Shown: in pieces, positions 20,130 to 29,690 of the stretch
Numbering within the stretch: the stretch's first letter is position 1
How the letters are laid out: every line of letters begins with the position of its first letter
Assembly: GCA_934169725.1 (NCBI GenBank)
Contig: CAKPOF010000003.1
Span: forward strand, 48,460-112,459
DNA length: 64,000 nucleotides
From: an uncultured Clostridia bacterium
Lineage (GTDB): Bacteria; Bacillota; Clostridia; TANB77; CAG-508
Direction: 5' to 3'
The notes under the pieces: model-generated
Seen by the model: only the letters and a program-made list of their open reading frames with translations
Databases searched by the model: none
Told to the model about the DNA's origin: nothing
Program-made: the position numbers and the translations under genes

Positions 20130-21671
20130 ATGAATACAGTAATCATTATCGCCGCTATCTTAATCTCACTTGCAATAGGATTTCTAGTAGGAGTTATATA
20201 CAGAAAAAAAGTTGCAGAATCTAAAATTCAAGGAGCAGAAAATGAAGCAAAAAGATTAATTGATTTAGCTAAAAAAGAAGGAGAAAATTTAAAAAAAGAA
20301 GAAATTTTCAAAGCTAAAGAAGAAATTATGAATAATAGAAAAGAATTAGATCAAGAGATTAAAGAAAGAAGAGGCGAAGTACAAAAGCAAGAAGCAAGAC
20401 TAATTCAAAAAGAAGAAAATTTAGAAAGACGTTCAGAAAATTTTGAAAAGAAAGAATTAGAATTAGAAAAAGAAAGACAAAACATAGAAAACAAAAAACA
20501 AGAATTAGAAAATTTGTATGAACAAGAAATGGTTGAACTTCAAAAAATTGCATCTTTGACTAAAGAAGAGGCAAAAGAGAGATTACTATCAGAGATAGAC
20601 AAAGAATTGACATTAGAAAAAGCAACATTAATTAGAGAAAAAGAACAAAAAGCCAAGGAAGATGCAAATAAAAATGCTAAAGAAATTTTATGTTATGCAG
20701 TACAAAAATGTGCAGCTGATCATTCACAAGAAACTACTGTATCTATAGTAGCTCTTCCAAATGACGATATGAAAGGAAGAATTATAGGTAGAGAAGGTAG
20801 AAACATAAAAGCTTTAGAAACTTTGACAGGAATTGATTTGATTATTGATGATACACCAGAAGCAGTAGTATTATCAGGATTTGATCCATTAAGAAGAGAA
20901 GTAGCAAAAATAGCATTAGAAAAATTGATTGATGATGGAAGAATACATCCAGCTAAAATTGAAGAAATGGTAGAAAAAGCTAAGGAAGAGCTAGATGCTA
21001 CAATTAAAGAAGAAGGAGAAAGAGCTGTACTTGAAACAGGAGTAATAGGCTTACATCCAGATTTAGTAAAATTAATAGGAAAATTAAAATATAGAACAAG
21101 TTATGGACAAAATGTACTAAATCATTCTATAGAAGTTTCAAATTTAGCAAGAATTATGGCGGAAGAATTAGGATTAGATGCTAAGAGAGCTAGAAGAGCA
21201 GGATTATTGCATGATATAGGAAAAGCACTAGATCATGATATGGAAGGTACACATGTAGAAATTGGTGTAGAAATATTAAAGAAATATAAAGAAAATCCAT
21301 TAGTTATAAATGCTGTAGAAGCTCATCATGGCGATGTAGAGCCACAAACATTGGAGGCAATTTTAGTACAAGCAGCTGATGCAATATCAGCATCAAGGCC
21401 AGGAGCTAGAAGAGAAACATTAGAAGCATATATAAAAAGATTACAAAATCTTGAAGAAATTGCAGATTCTTTTGATGGAGTTGATAAATCTTTTGCAATA
21501 CAAGCTGGTAGAGAAATAAGAGTTATAGTTAAACCAGAAAAAATTTCTGATGATGAAATGACAATATTAGCAAGAGATGTTTCTAAAAAAATAGAAAATG
21601 AAATGGATTATCCAGGACAAATAAAAGTCAACATTATAAGAGAGACTAGAACTGTAGATTATGCAAAATAA
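20130..21671 (+). CDS. rny: Ribonuclease Y.
   Basis: N-terminal TM, coiled coil, KH domain ([15 protein letters not shown]) and HD domain ([13 protein letters not shown]...LLHDIGK). Confidence 0.9.
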   Translation: MNTVIIIAAILISLAIGFLVGVIYRKKVAESKIQGAENEAKRLIDLAKKEGENLKKEEIFKAKEEIMNNRKELDQEIKERRGEVQKQEARLIQKEENLERRSENFEKKELELEKERQNIENKKQELENLYEQEMVELQKIASLTKEEAKERLLSEIDKELTLEKATLIREKEQKAKEDANKNAKEILCYAVQKCAADHSQETTVSIVALPNDDMKGRIIGREGRNIKALETLTGIDLIIDDTPEAVVLSGFDPLRREVAKIALEKLIDDGRIHPAKIEEMVEKAKEELDATIKEEGERAVLETGVIGLHPDLVKLIGKLKYRTSYGQNVLNHSIEVSNLARIMAEELGLDAKRARRAGLLHDIGKALDHDMEGTHVEIGVEILKKYKENPLVINAVEAHHGDVEPQTLEAILVQAADAISASRPGARRETLEAYIKRLQNLEEIADSFDGVDKSFAIQAGREIRVIVKPEKISDDEMTILARDVSKKIENEMDYPGQIKVNIIRETRTVDYAK

Positions 21672-21678
21672 AACAAAA

Positions 21679-21718
21679 TATACCTAATGAAGTATAAATA
21701 CTTCATTAGGTATATTTT
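21679..21718 (+). terminator. Rho-independent terminator after rny.
   Basis: atacctaatgaagta-taaa-tacttcattaggtat followed by ttttttt. Confidence 0.6.
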
Positions 21719-21811
21719 TTTATATAGTTTGTTCTATAATGGGAAAATTGATTAATTTACAAATCTATAGTATTATAATAAAAAATTTCAATATAGAAAG
21801 AAGGAATAAAA

Positions 21812-22582
21812 TTGAAAATTTTGGCAGTAGGAGATATTGTAGGAGAATTAGGAGTAAAAGAATTAAAAAATAATTTATATAAAATAAGGCAAAAAGAAGA
21901 AATTGATTTTGTCATTGTAAATGGAGAAAATTCAGCTGAAGGAATGGGAATTACAGAAAGAAATTTTAAAGATATAATATCACAAAATGTTGATGTTGTA
22001 ACAATGGGAAACCATACATGGGGAAAAAAGGAAATATTTAAATTTATAGATCATCCTAAATTAATAAGACCAGCAAATTATCCTAAAGGAGTAGTAGGAA
22101 AAGGATATTCAATATATAATTGTAAAGATAAAAAAATAGCTGTTATAAATTTATTAGGAAGAGTGTATATTAATATATTATCAGATAATCCTTTTTTAGT
22201 AGCAAAGGAAATTGTTGAAAAAATAAAAGATGAGGTTGATATAATTATTATAGATTTTCATGCTGAAGCAACAGGAGAAAAAATAACACTTGGACATTAC
22301 TTAGATGGAAAAGTAACGGCAATTTATGGAACACATACACATGTCCAAACTGCTGATGAAAGAATATTACCGAAAGGAACAGGATTTATTAGTGATATAG
22401 GAATGACAGGACCAAAAAATTCTGCACTTGGTATGGACATATCTGTAGTAATAAAAAGATTTGAAACTGCATTACCAGAAAGATATAAAATGGCTAAAGG
22501 GGAGTGCATGCTAAATGGTGTAATATTTGATATAGATGACAATACAAACAAAGTAAAGAAAATAACAAGAATTAACATGTAG
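21812..22582 (+). CDS. ymdB: YmdB-like metallophosphoesterase (TIGR00282 family; 2',3'-cAMP phosphodiesterase).
   Basis: ILAVGDIVGELGV..., GNH, and the conserved rny-ymdB-spoVS order. TTG start. Confidence 0.8.
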   Translation: MKILAVGDIVGELGVKELKNNLYKIRQKEEIDFVIVNGENSAEGMGITERNFKDIISQNVDVVTMGNHTWGKKEIFKFIDHPKLIRPANYPKGVVGKGYSIYNCKDKKIAVINLLGRVYINILSDNPFLVAKEIVEKIKDEVDIIIIDFHAEATGEKITLGHYLDGKVTAIYGTHTHVQTADERILPKGTGFISDIGMTGPKNSALGMDISVVIKRFETALPERYKMAKGECMLNGVIFDIDDNTNKVKKITRINM

Positions 22583-22723
22583 AAAAATGTCGAATGGGAA
22601 GATTTATTGCGATGGAATTTTATAAATATTTCTAAAAAATACTTTACACATATTTCCAAATAATGTAAAATATCAAATATAAAGGTTGCAACAAAAAATA
22701 AAAATTATAGGAGGCAAAAGAAA

Positions 22724-22987
22724 ATGGAAGTTTTAAAAATTTCATCAAAATCAAATCCTAATTCAGTAGCAGGAGCAATTGCTGGATTAGTAAAAGAATC
22801 AAATAAGGCAGAAATGCAAGCTATAGGAGCAGGAGCTTTAAATCAAGCTGTAAAAGCGGTAGCAATAGCAAGAGGATTTGTTGCTCCAGCCGGAGTAGAT
22901 TTAGTATGTATACCTGCATTTGCAGAAGTTGAAGTAGAAGGAGAAGATCGAACAGGTATAAAATTAATAGTGGAATCAAGAGGGTAA
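22724..22987 (+). CDS. spoVS: Stage V sporulation protein S.
   Basis: 87 aa, MEVLKISSKSNPNSVAGAIAG...IPAFAEVEVEGEDRTGIKL. A TGTCGAA 0A-box lies at 22588-22594 upstream. Confidence 0.9.
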   Translation: MEVLKISSKSNPNSVAGAIAGLVKESNKAEMQAIGAGALNQAVKAVAIARGFVAPAGVDLVCIPAFAEVEVEGEDRTGIKLIVESRG

Positions 22988-23003
22988 GCTAAAATAAAAA
23001 TAA

Positions 23004-23041
23004 TTATAAATAAAATGCAGGTTGTAAAGTACAACCTGTTT
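23004..23041 (+). terminator. Rho-independent terminator after spoVS.
   Basis: aaaatgcaggttgta-aag-tacaacctgttttgcatttttt. Confidence 0.6.
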
Positions 23042-23054
23042 TGCATTTTTTAAA

Positions 23055-23082
23055 TTAATAAGATATTGTTTTTTATACCTTG
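23055..23082. repeat. Solo copy of the 28-nt 5' end of the MITE-like repeat.
   Basis: ttaataagatattgttttttataccttg, immediately followed by TTGACA. Confidence 0.45.
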
Positions 23083-23142
23083 ACAATTAATTGATATTGT
23101 GAAAAAATACAAAAGGATAATAAAAAAGGAGGAAAAACATAA

Positions 23143-23604
23143 ATGGAGAAAAAGAGAGGTTTTGAAATTGCAAAAGGATTTGAAGATAAAAATATAAATA
23201 TTCCAATAAGAAAAACTAAATACAGTGCAGGATATGATGTAGAGGCAGCAGAAGATACAACAATACCAAGTTTTAAAAAAGGAACAAATCCAACATTAAT
23301 AAAAACAGGAATAAAAGCATATATGCAAGATGATGAAATGTTATTATTATATAATCGTAGTTCTAATCCTAAAAAAAAGGGTTTAATATTGGCAAACAGT
23401 GTTGGAGTTGTAGATAAAGACTATTATGGAAATCCAGATAATGATGGACATATTATGTTTGCATTTTATAATATAAAAGAAGAAGATATAGAAATAAAAA
23501 AAGGCGAGGCAATAGGTCAAGCTATTTTTCAAAAATATTTAGTAACAGATGATGATGAGGCAGAAGGAGAAAGAAAAGGTGGATTTGGTTCTACTAATAA
23601 ATAA
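23143..23604 (+). CDS. dut: dUTP diphosphatase (YncF/YosS-type dUTPase).
   Basis: 153 aa with SAGYDV, RSS and GVVDKDYYGN motifs of trimeric dUTPases. Confidence 0.65.
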   Translation: MEKKRGFEIAKGFEDKNINIPIRKTKYSAGYDVEAAEDTTIPSFKKGTNPTLIKTGIKAYMQDDEMLLLYNRSSNPKKKGLILANSVGVVDKDYYGNPDNDGHIMFAFYNIKEEDIEIKKGEAIGQAIFQKYLVTDDDEAEGERKGGFGSTNK

Positions 23605-23800
23605 AAATATTATAAAAAATATTTCTTAGAACGGTAAGGGATATAGCCAAAAAACATAAAGAAAAAGATGGTAATTGTTTTGACTTTTACTATCTTTTGT
23701 AGTATAATAAATATGGTTAAAAAATCCAATAAAGTTATTTACATAGCTTTATTATATTTTTCTGCCAAATAAATAAAAATGCTGAAAGGAGTTGACTTAC

Positions 23801-24361
23801 ATGTTTAATGTAGGAGACAAAATAGTTTACCCAATGCACGGGGCAGGAACAATAGATGCAATAGAAGAAAAGGACATTTTAGGCCAAAAACAATCATATT
23901 ATATTTTAAAAATGCCAGGTGAAGTAAAAGTAATGATACCAACACAAAAAGCAGAAGAAGTTGGAGTAAGAAATATAATAAATAAAGAATCAGCAGATAA
24001 AGTATTTGGAGTTTTAGAAAAAGACGAAACAGCTATGGACAAAAATTGGAATAAACGTTATAGAGACAACATGGATAAAATGAAAAGTGGAGATATCTAT
24101 GAAATAGCTGATGTTGTTAGAAATCTAAGCTTTAAACAAAAAGAAAAAGGACTTTCAACAGGAGAGAAAAAAATGTTAAATAATGCTAAACAAATATTAG
24201 TTAGCGAATTAGTTTTAGCAGAACATGCTACTCAAGAAGAAGTAGAACAATTAGTAGAAAATAAAATTAATACATCCTTTATGATGTTTAGAGCAGACGA
24301 TGTAGCACCAGAAAGTGTTGTAAATAAGTTTATACCTTTTGAAGGAACAAATAATAATTAG
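23801..24361 (+). CDS. CarD/CdnL/TRCF-family RNAP-binding transcriptional regulator.
   Basis: MFNVGDKIVYPMHGAGTIDAIEEKDILGQKQSYYILKMP is the CarD N-terminal domain. The start was moved to the ATG at 23801, after an AAAGGAG RBS. Confidence 0.7.
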   Translation: MFNVGDKIVYPMHGAGTIDAIEEKDILGQKQSYYILKMPGEVKVMIPTQKAEEVGVRNIINKESADKVFGVLEKDETAMDKNWNKRYRDNMDKMKSGDIYEIADVVRNLSFKQKEKGLSTGEKKMLNNAKQILVSELVLAEHATQEEVEQLVENKINTSFMMFRADDVAPESVVNKFIPFEGTNNN

Positions 24362-24365
24362 AAAA

Positions 24366-24398
24366 AAGGGGACAATAAAAGTCCCTTTTGAAAAATTT
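24366..24398 (+). terminator. Rho-independent terminator.
   Basis: aaaaggggac-aataaaa-gtcccttttg. Confidence 0.55.
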
Positions 24399-24523
24399 TC
24401 TGAACAATAAATTTAATGAGAAAATTTTTGAGAAAAAAACTAAAAAAATTCAAAAAATGTATTGACAAAATATAAAACTAATATTATAATATCAATTGTC
24501 GTTAAGGCAAACCAGTTTAAAAT

Positions 24524-24611
24524 GCAGATGTGGCGGAACTGGTAGACGCACAGGACTTAAAATCCTGCGGTTGAATAAACCGTGCCGGTTCGATTCCGGC
24601 CATCTGCACCA
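24524..24611 (+). tRNA. tRNA-Leu (anticodon TAA) with a long variable arm and an encoded CCA.
   Basis: Acceptor stem gcagatg/catctgc, anticodon loop cttaaaa, long variable arm and T-arm ggttcgattcc. There is a TTGACA-N17-TATAAT promoter at 24461-24490. Confidence 0.9.
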
Positions 24612-24667
24612 TTAGAACCTCAAGTAGTTCGTAAGATATGCTTGAGGTTTTAATTTATAAAAATTTT

Positions 24668-24770
24668 GTAGTTCTACAAAAAGTTCTACAAAATTGACAA
24701 CATTTTATTTTTATAAAATCTTTATTTAGTGGCTTAAATAAGGATTTTTTATTTTCTAACAGTTCTAACA
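24668..24770. repeat. Cluster of direct GTTCTACAAAA / GTTCTAACAA repeats between the tRNA and the integrase gene. These are putative integrase arm-type sites.
   Basis: tagttctacaaaaagttctacaaaat at 24668-24693 and ttctaacagttctaaca at 24754-24770. The same tandem motif recurs at 30374-30398. Confidence 0.5.
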
Positions 24771-24778
24771 ATTTTTAT

Positions 24779-26011
24779 TTATAACTCCATTTCTTCATCT
24801 TCTTCGTCATCATCTTGACTAGGATCAATAAAGTTTAAACTATTACCAATTACTAAGGCAGAATTTTGTTTTGACTCTGTATCTACATGAGTATATATAT
24901 TCGCTGCAGTATTGTAACTAGAATGACCTAACCATATTTGAATATCTTTCATACTTACTTTATTTGATAGTAATAAACTAGCACACGAATGTCTTAAATC
25001 ATGAAATCTAATAGGTTTTAAGTTATTATTTTTTAGTATTTGATTAAACTTATGTGAAACATAGTCAGGCTTTAGTATAGAGCCATCTATATTCACACAA
25101 ACATAGCCATTGTCATTTAAGTATGATTTTTTAAATACTTTCTTATTGTATTCTTGATTTGCCTTTTCTTCTAAAAGTATTTCTTCTATTTCTGGAATTA
25201 ATGGCAATGTCCTATAACTTGATTGATTTTTAGTTTTATCTTCTGCAACAATTTGCAATTTACCATCTACTTTTGTTTGTGAAATGGTATGTCTAATTAT
25301 AATTGTTTTATTATCAAAATCAACGGCATTCCATTTAATACCAAGTGCTTCACTTCGCCTAAGTCCATAATATAAGGCTAAAAGAACAGGTAACTTAATA
25401 GGTGTGTCTTTTATTGCAACTAATAATTCATTTAGTTGTGCTTTATTGTAATAGGTTGCTATGTATTGTTCCTTTTTAGGCTTATCTATTTTGTCTGCTG
25501 GATTGGTTAGTATCAATTCACATTTTACTGCATATTGCAATGCTTTTCTAATATTTGCGTGATAGCGAAGAATCGTATTACCTTTCAAACCTAAGTTATA
25601 TAATTCTGTGTAAAAATCTTGAATATGATAAGGCTTTAAATCTTTTAAGGAAACATCTAATTTCTTAAAATAGTTATATACTTTACCTTTTACAATTCTT
25701 TCATAACCTGCATAAGTAGTTTTTACAACTCTAGGTTTTATAATATCTAGCCAATTTATCATAAAATCACAAAATTTTATATTAGCTTTATTATTTATAT
25801 CTAACCCAGAAATAGTTAGTTTTTCATTTAGAGTTTTTTCATATTCATGTCTTATTTCTTCAACTTTTCTTTCTGCAAGTTTCTTATTGTTCTTAACTTT
25901 TAATTTAGTGGAAATCCACTTTCGCTGTATATTATTAAATTCATCTTTATAATATAAAACAGCATAATAAATATTTTTCTTTTGCTGTAATGTAGCTGTT
26001 ACCGTTATCAT
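24779..26011 (-). CDS. int: Tyrosine-type site-specific integrase.
   Basis: 410 aa. The C-terminal catalytic region has R...HDLRHSCASLLL...GHSSYNTAANIYTHV (R-H-R-Y). Confidence 0.9.
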   Translation of the reverse strand: MITVTATLQQKKNIYYAVLYYKDEFNNIQRKWISTKLKVKNNKKLAERKVEEIRHEYEKTLNEKLTISGLDINNKANIKFCDFMINWLDIIKPRVVKTTYAGYERIVKGKVYNYFKKLDVSLKDLKPYHIQDFYTELYNLGLKGNTILRYHANIRKALQYAVKCELILTNPADKIDKPKKEQYIATYYNKAQLNELLVAIKDTPIKLPVLLALYYGLRRSEALGIKWNAVDFDNKTIIIRHTISQTKVDGKLQIVAEDKTKNQSSYRTLPLIPEIEEILLEEKANQEYNKKVFKKSYLNDNGYVCVNIDGSILKPDYVSHKFNQILKNNNLKPIRFHDLRHSCASLLLSNKVSMKDIQIWLGHSSYNTAANIYTHVDTESKQNSALVIGNSLNFIDPSQDDDEEDEEMEL

Positions 26012-26049
26012 AAAATGACCTCCTTATTCTCGTGTAAATGTATTTATTT

Positions 26050-26256
26050 TCAATTTTGACTTATTATGTATGAAATTATATTAGCTTTTGGAATTTTATA
26101 TTGTCTGCCTATTTTCATAGCTTTTATTTTGTTTTCCTTAATAAGCCTATAAGCTAGTGTTAAACTAATTCCACCTAACATATTTCGCATTTGTTCAATG
26201 TTTATAATATCTGGGTAATTTGTAAACATGATAGAATATTGTTCTTTTACATCCAT
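26050..26256 (-). CDS. xis: Excisionase / HTH_17-family DNA-binding protein.
   Basis: 68 aa, ...IINIEQMRNMLGGISLTLAYRLIKENKIKAMKIGRQYKIPKANI. Confidence 0.55.
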   Translation of the reverse strand: MDVKEQYSIMFTNYPDIINIEQMRNMLGGISLTLAYRLIKENKIKAMKIGRQYKIPKANIISYIISQN

Positions 26257-26277
26257 TTTAATTGTACCTCCTGTTTG

Positions 26278-26493
26278 TTAATAAACTACTTTTGGAACAT
26301 CTATTGAAACCGTTAATTTTCTGTCTATTTCAAAGCTTTTCTTTTTATTATTATACTTGTAAGCACTAGAATTAAACTTTCTAAAACTACGATCTGAAAT
26401 GTCAAAATAATAAGATAGTTCTTCCGCATCTTGTTTCAGTTGGGCTTTAAGAGCTTCATAACTATCTTTGTTTGATTTTTGCTTTAATTTCAT
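26278..26493 (-). CDS. Hypothetical protein. It may be the C-terminal part of a frameshifted gene that starts at 26684.
   Basis: The open frame extends upstream of the ATG to 26596 and overlaps the 26520-26684 ORF across an A6 run. Confidence 0.3.
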   Translation of the reverse strand: MKLKQKSNKDSYEALKAQLKQDAEELSYYFDISDRSFRKFNSSAYKYNNKKKSFEIDRKLTVSIDVPKVVY

Positions 26494-26519
26494 GTATTCA
26501 ATGGTTCGTTCTTTATGTT

Positions 26520-26684
26520 TTAGTTGATTTTGTTGTTTCCTTTGACTTTTTTCTTCATGATACCTAGAATCTTTTTTATTATTTTTGATACATAGGCATT
26601 ACTGACATTTAATTCTAAAGCAATATCAACAGGTTTTAAATGTTTATTGTAAAATAAATCAATAATTTTTTCTTTAATTGACAT
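26520..26684 (-). CDS. Small HTH protein (sigma-70 region-4-like), 54 aa. Not in the ORF track.
   Basis: MSIKEKIIDLFYNKHLKPVDIALELNVSNAYVSKIIKK... with the ATG at 26684. Confidence 0.35.
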   Translation of the reverse strand: MSIKEKIIDLFYNKHLKPVDIALELNVSNAYVSKIIKKILGIMKKKVKGNNKIN

Positions 26685-26959
26685 GATAAAAGTACCTCCT
26701 TGTGATTGGTTAAATTTTTGCTAATAAATTTTAAGCATAATAATCTAAATGAATATTTATAGATAAATACTCATTTTTAAATTTATTTGTTTAAAGAATT
26801 ATATTATCATAATTAGTAATAATCAATTTCCTTTTTTCTAAAAACTTAAAAATACTTAAAATCAATTGTAACTAGATTGTAGCAGGGAATAAAAAATAAA
26901 TCAATGAATGTTTTTTGAACAATTTTTGAAAAAATTAGATGTAAAAAAAATGATAATAG

Positions 26960-26985
26960 ATACAAAAAAAGTAGCCATATAGCTA
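26960..26985 (-). terminator. Terminator of the repressor gene on the minus strand.
   Basis: gtagc-catata-gctac with a T-run on the minus strand. Confidence 0.4.
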
Positions 26986-27006
26986 CTAAATAAATTTATA
27001 GAAATA

Positions 27007-27243
27007 TTAATCTTCCTCTACATCTTTAAATAATTTATCTGTAAAAAATTCATTTAATTCAATACCTAATCCTTCACATAGATGTAATAAAGTAACAAGT
27101 TTTGGACTTTGACTTTTTCCATAAAATATACTAAAAACTGTAGAATATGATAATACAGAATTAGTTGCCAACTTATTTAATGTTATATTTTGTTCTTTAC
27201 AAAGATTTATAATTCTTTTTTGAACAGCCTCTGAAAGTTGCAT
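27007..27243 (-). CDS. XRE/cI-like HTH repressor of the element.
   Basis: 78 aa, QKRIINLCKEQNITLNKLATNSVLSYSTVFSIFYG. It is divergent from the cargo genes, with operators downstream of its start. Confidence 0.7.
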   Translation of the reverse strand: MQLSEAVQKRIINLCKEQNITLNKLATNSVLSYSTVFSIFYGKSQSPKLVTLLHLCEGLGIELNEFFTDKLFKDVEED

Positions 27244-27296
27244 AAATTCACCTCTTTTTTAACATAAAAATTATATCAAAAGCGAGATGTAAATAT

Positions 27297-27362
27297 TTGC
27301 GAGTAATCGCAATTTTGTTCTTTTTATTTCTCTTATAATATAATTATTGCGAACAATCGCAA
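27297..27362. promoter_or_regulatory. Two copies of a 16-bp operator palindrome TTGCGA-N4-TCGCAA in the divergent regulatory region.
   Basis: ttgcgagtaatcgcaa at 27297-27312 and ttgcgaacaatcgcaa at 27347-27362. Confidence 0.6.
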
Positions 27363-27513
27363 ATATAAAGTCATAATACTTCATTTCACAAATTTACTAA
27401 TAAAAAATTTATTATATAAAAAGAAAAAGAACAACAAAAGTAGTATAATACTAATAAGAAATTGACAAAATAAGATAATAAAAATAAGTAAATAGTGAAA
27501 TGAGGTAATAAAA

Positions 27514-27783
27514 ATGGTACAAAATACAAATAATAGTTTAGAAGAAAAATTAAATGAGTTTATAGGGAAAAATGTAACTATAACTCAAGATGGATTTTTG
27601 AAAAATAAATACTCAATACATAGACTAAAATATTTTATTGAATATGAGATTTTGAATATCACAGATAACGAAAGCCAGAATTATCTAAAGATAAACTTGA
27701 ATCAAATATACAAAATAGAAATCAATGAAAAAGACATTAAATTATACTTAGATAATGATACAATAATTTGTCTTGGTATTTAA
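27514..27783 (+). CDS. Hypothetical protein (89 aa).
   Basis: ORF with no recognisable domain. Confidence 0.3.
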   Translation: MVQNTNNSLEEKLNEFIGKNVTITQDGFLKNKYSIHRLKYFIEYEILNITDNESQNYLKINLNQIYKIEINEKDIKLYLDNDTIICLGI

Positions 27784-27818
27784 AAAGATAGACTACTTAA
27801 GTCTACCTAAATCGAAAA

Positions 27819-28019
27819 TTATTTTTGTAATTTCTCTAATTCTTCTTTATCTTTTTCATCTAGATTATTTAGGCTAAATTCTAATAAAGAAATTACAACT
27901 TTATTAAAAGATAAGTTTTTGAGATTAGCAAGATTTTGTATATCTTCTACTATATTTTCTGGCAATCTAAGAGTTTTGCTAACTCCACTATGATTTTCTG
28001 GTATTCTTAGCTTATTCAT
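27819..28019 (-). CDS. Small putative ribbon-helix-helix (Arc/CopG-like) DNA-binding protein.
   Basis: 66 aa. An N-terminal beta-strand-like segment KTLRLPENIVEDIQNLA is followed by helices. Confidence 0.3.
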   Translation of the reverse strand: MNKLRIPENHSGVSKTLRLPENIVEDIQNLANLKNLSFNKVVISLLEFSLNNLDEKDKEELEKLQK

Positions 28020-28157
28020 ATTTGCAACCTCCTTTGCAAGATATTTTATATTAAAAAATAAAATAAATATGCACCTATTTGTGCTTGCAAATATTTTGCA
28101 ATCATGATAATATAATTTCAGAAAATCAAAAGAAAAAATGAAAGGAATGATTTAATC

Positions 28158-29495
28158 ATGAAGAAACTAAAAGAAGAATTAAAGTATGGTAAAAGAGGTA
28201 TTACTCTTATTTCTCTTGTCGTTACAATAGTTGTTTTATTAATTTTAGCAGGAGTAACAATAGCAACATTAACAGGAGATAATGGAATTCTATCAAGAGC
28301 GAGTGAGGCTAAAGAAAGAACAGGACAAGCAAATGCAGAAGAACAAGTAGAAATAGCAGTAACAGGAAGTATAGGAACAGATGGAAATATTCATTATGGG
28401 GATTTGAAAACAAACTTAGATAAAATATCAAATATAACAGGAGTACCAGATGAAATAATAGATAGCAGTTTTCCTATAGCAGTTAAGGTAGATGGGTATG
28501 ATGTGACAATCAAAAGAGATGGTAGTGTTATATTAGGGGAATATATAGTGCCAGGAAATCCGGATAAAACTACAGGTATATTTAAAGAAACAAGTACAAT
28601 TAATGGTGAAGAAGGAAATAAAAACAATCCTGTTATACCAGAAGGATTTAAGCCTATAAATGAAGGAAATGCCAATTGGGGAGATGGAACAACAGAACCA
28701 CCTGGCATTAATGAAGGATTAGTAATAGAAGATGGTGAAGGAAATCAATATGTATGGATATCTGTAGATGGTGTAATAGGAAAAAATGGAAAAACACTGC
28801 AAAATGCAGTAGATAGAGAAATTATATTAGGAAGATATTTATTTGAAACAGGAGGAAAAATAAATACAACATTAAGTCCATCTTCATTAGGAGGAGATTT
28901 AAAGCTAACAACTACAGATACTACCATATATAGGGAAATGACAGAAAAATCAAAAAATAATACAATAGCTAAGGATATAAATAGATTTATAGATAGTGTA
29001 GAAAAAAATGGAGGATATTATATATCTAGATTTGAGGCAAGCGAAGGTGATGATGGTAAAGCTGACAGTAAATACAATCAAGTTGTTTGGGCAAACATAA
29101 CACAACCAGATGCTGCAAATGCATGTTTAGATTTATATACAAGTATCGAAAGTGATTTAATCAATAGTTATGCATGGGACACAGCTGTTTTATTTATACA
29201 AAAAAACTCAGGAGATTCAGATTATTCAAGACAGGCAAGATTACAAAATACTTTAGCAAATACAGGGAAAGCTACAAATGGAAGTAGTTATGATATTAGA
29301 TGCAATATATATGATATGGCAGGAAATTGCAGAGAATGGACAACTGAAACGTCTAGTTTTGTTGGCGGACCAACAGTTACAAGGGGTGGAGAATATTTGT
29401 ATCGCAGTAATTATACAACTACTCGAGGAAATAATTCAGAGATGCTCCAAAAACCTAATTTTTCGTTTCGTTCCATTTTATATATTAATAATTAA
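28158..29495 (+). CDS. Membrane-anchored protein with a pilin-like N-terminus and a C-terminal FGE-sulfatase / C-type-lectin-fold (SUMF1-, DUF1566-like) domain.
   Basis: N-terminus KRGITLISLVVTIVVLLILAGV (prepilin-like, but lacks Glu+5). C-terminal motifs VVWANITQPDAANAC, YAWDTAV, YDMAGNCREWT (GNVWEWT-like) and TRGGEY...FSFRS (RGGSW...GFR-like). Confidence 0.5.
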   Translation: MKKLKEELKYGKRGITLISLVVTIVVLLILAGVTIATLTGDNGILSRASEAKERTGQANAEEQVEIAVTGSIGTDGNIHYGDLKTNLDKISNITGVPDEIIDSSFPIAVKVDGYDVTIKRDGSVILGEYIVPGNPDKTTGIFKETSTINGEEGNKNNPVIPEGFKPINEGNANWGDGTTEPPGINEGLVIEDGEGNQYVWISVDGVIGKNGKTLQNAVDREIILGRYLFETGGKINTTLSPSSLGGDLKLTTTDTTIYREMTEKSKNNTIAKDINRFIDSVEKNGGYYISRFEASEGDDGKADSKYNQVVWANITQPDAANACLDLYTSIESDLINSYAWDTAVLFIQKNSGDSDYSRQARLQNTLANTGKATNGSSYDIRCNIYDMAGNCREWTTETSSFVGGPTVTRGGEYLYRSNYTTTRGNNSEMLQKPNFSFRSILYINN

Positions 29496-29580
29496 TAACA
29501 GATGTATAAAGAGATACAGTATAAACTATTTTTGTAGTTTAATACTGTATTTTTTGTTCACACAAAATTCACAAAATATT

Positions 29581-29657
29581 TTAGCAGAAAGTATTGACAA
29601 GTGCTAAAATGGGGTATAATATATAGAAAGTTAGCAGACAAACAAAAAGAGTGCTAA
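29581..29657 (+). promoter_or_regulatory. sigmaA promoter (TTGACA 29594-29599, TATAAT 29615-29620) flanked by two CIRCE-like inverted repeats.
   Basis: TTAGCAGAA-N9-AAGTGCTAA at 29581-29607 and TTAGCAGAC-N9-GAGTGCTAA at 29631-29657. The CIRCE consensus is TTAGCACTC-N9-GAGTGCTAA. Confidence 0.65.
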
Positions 29658-29690
29658 AAACTAACAATTAAAACTAAAGAGGCGAAAAAA

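Noticed and set aside
29278-29607. 109-aa plus-strand ORF overlapping the 3' end of the FGE-domain gene.
   Set aside because: It overlaps the conserved C-terminal FGE motifs of the longer ORF in another frame and has no independent support.
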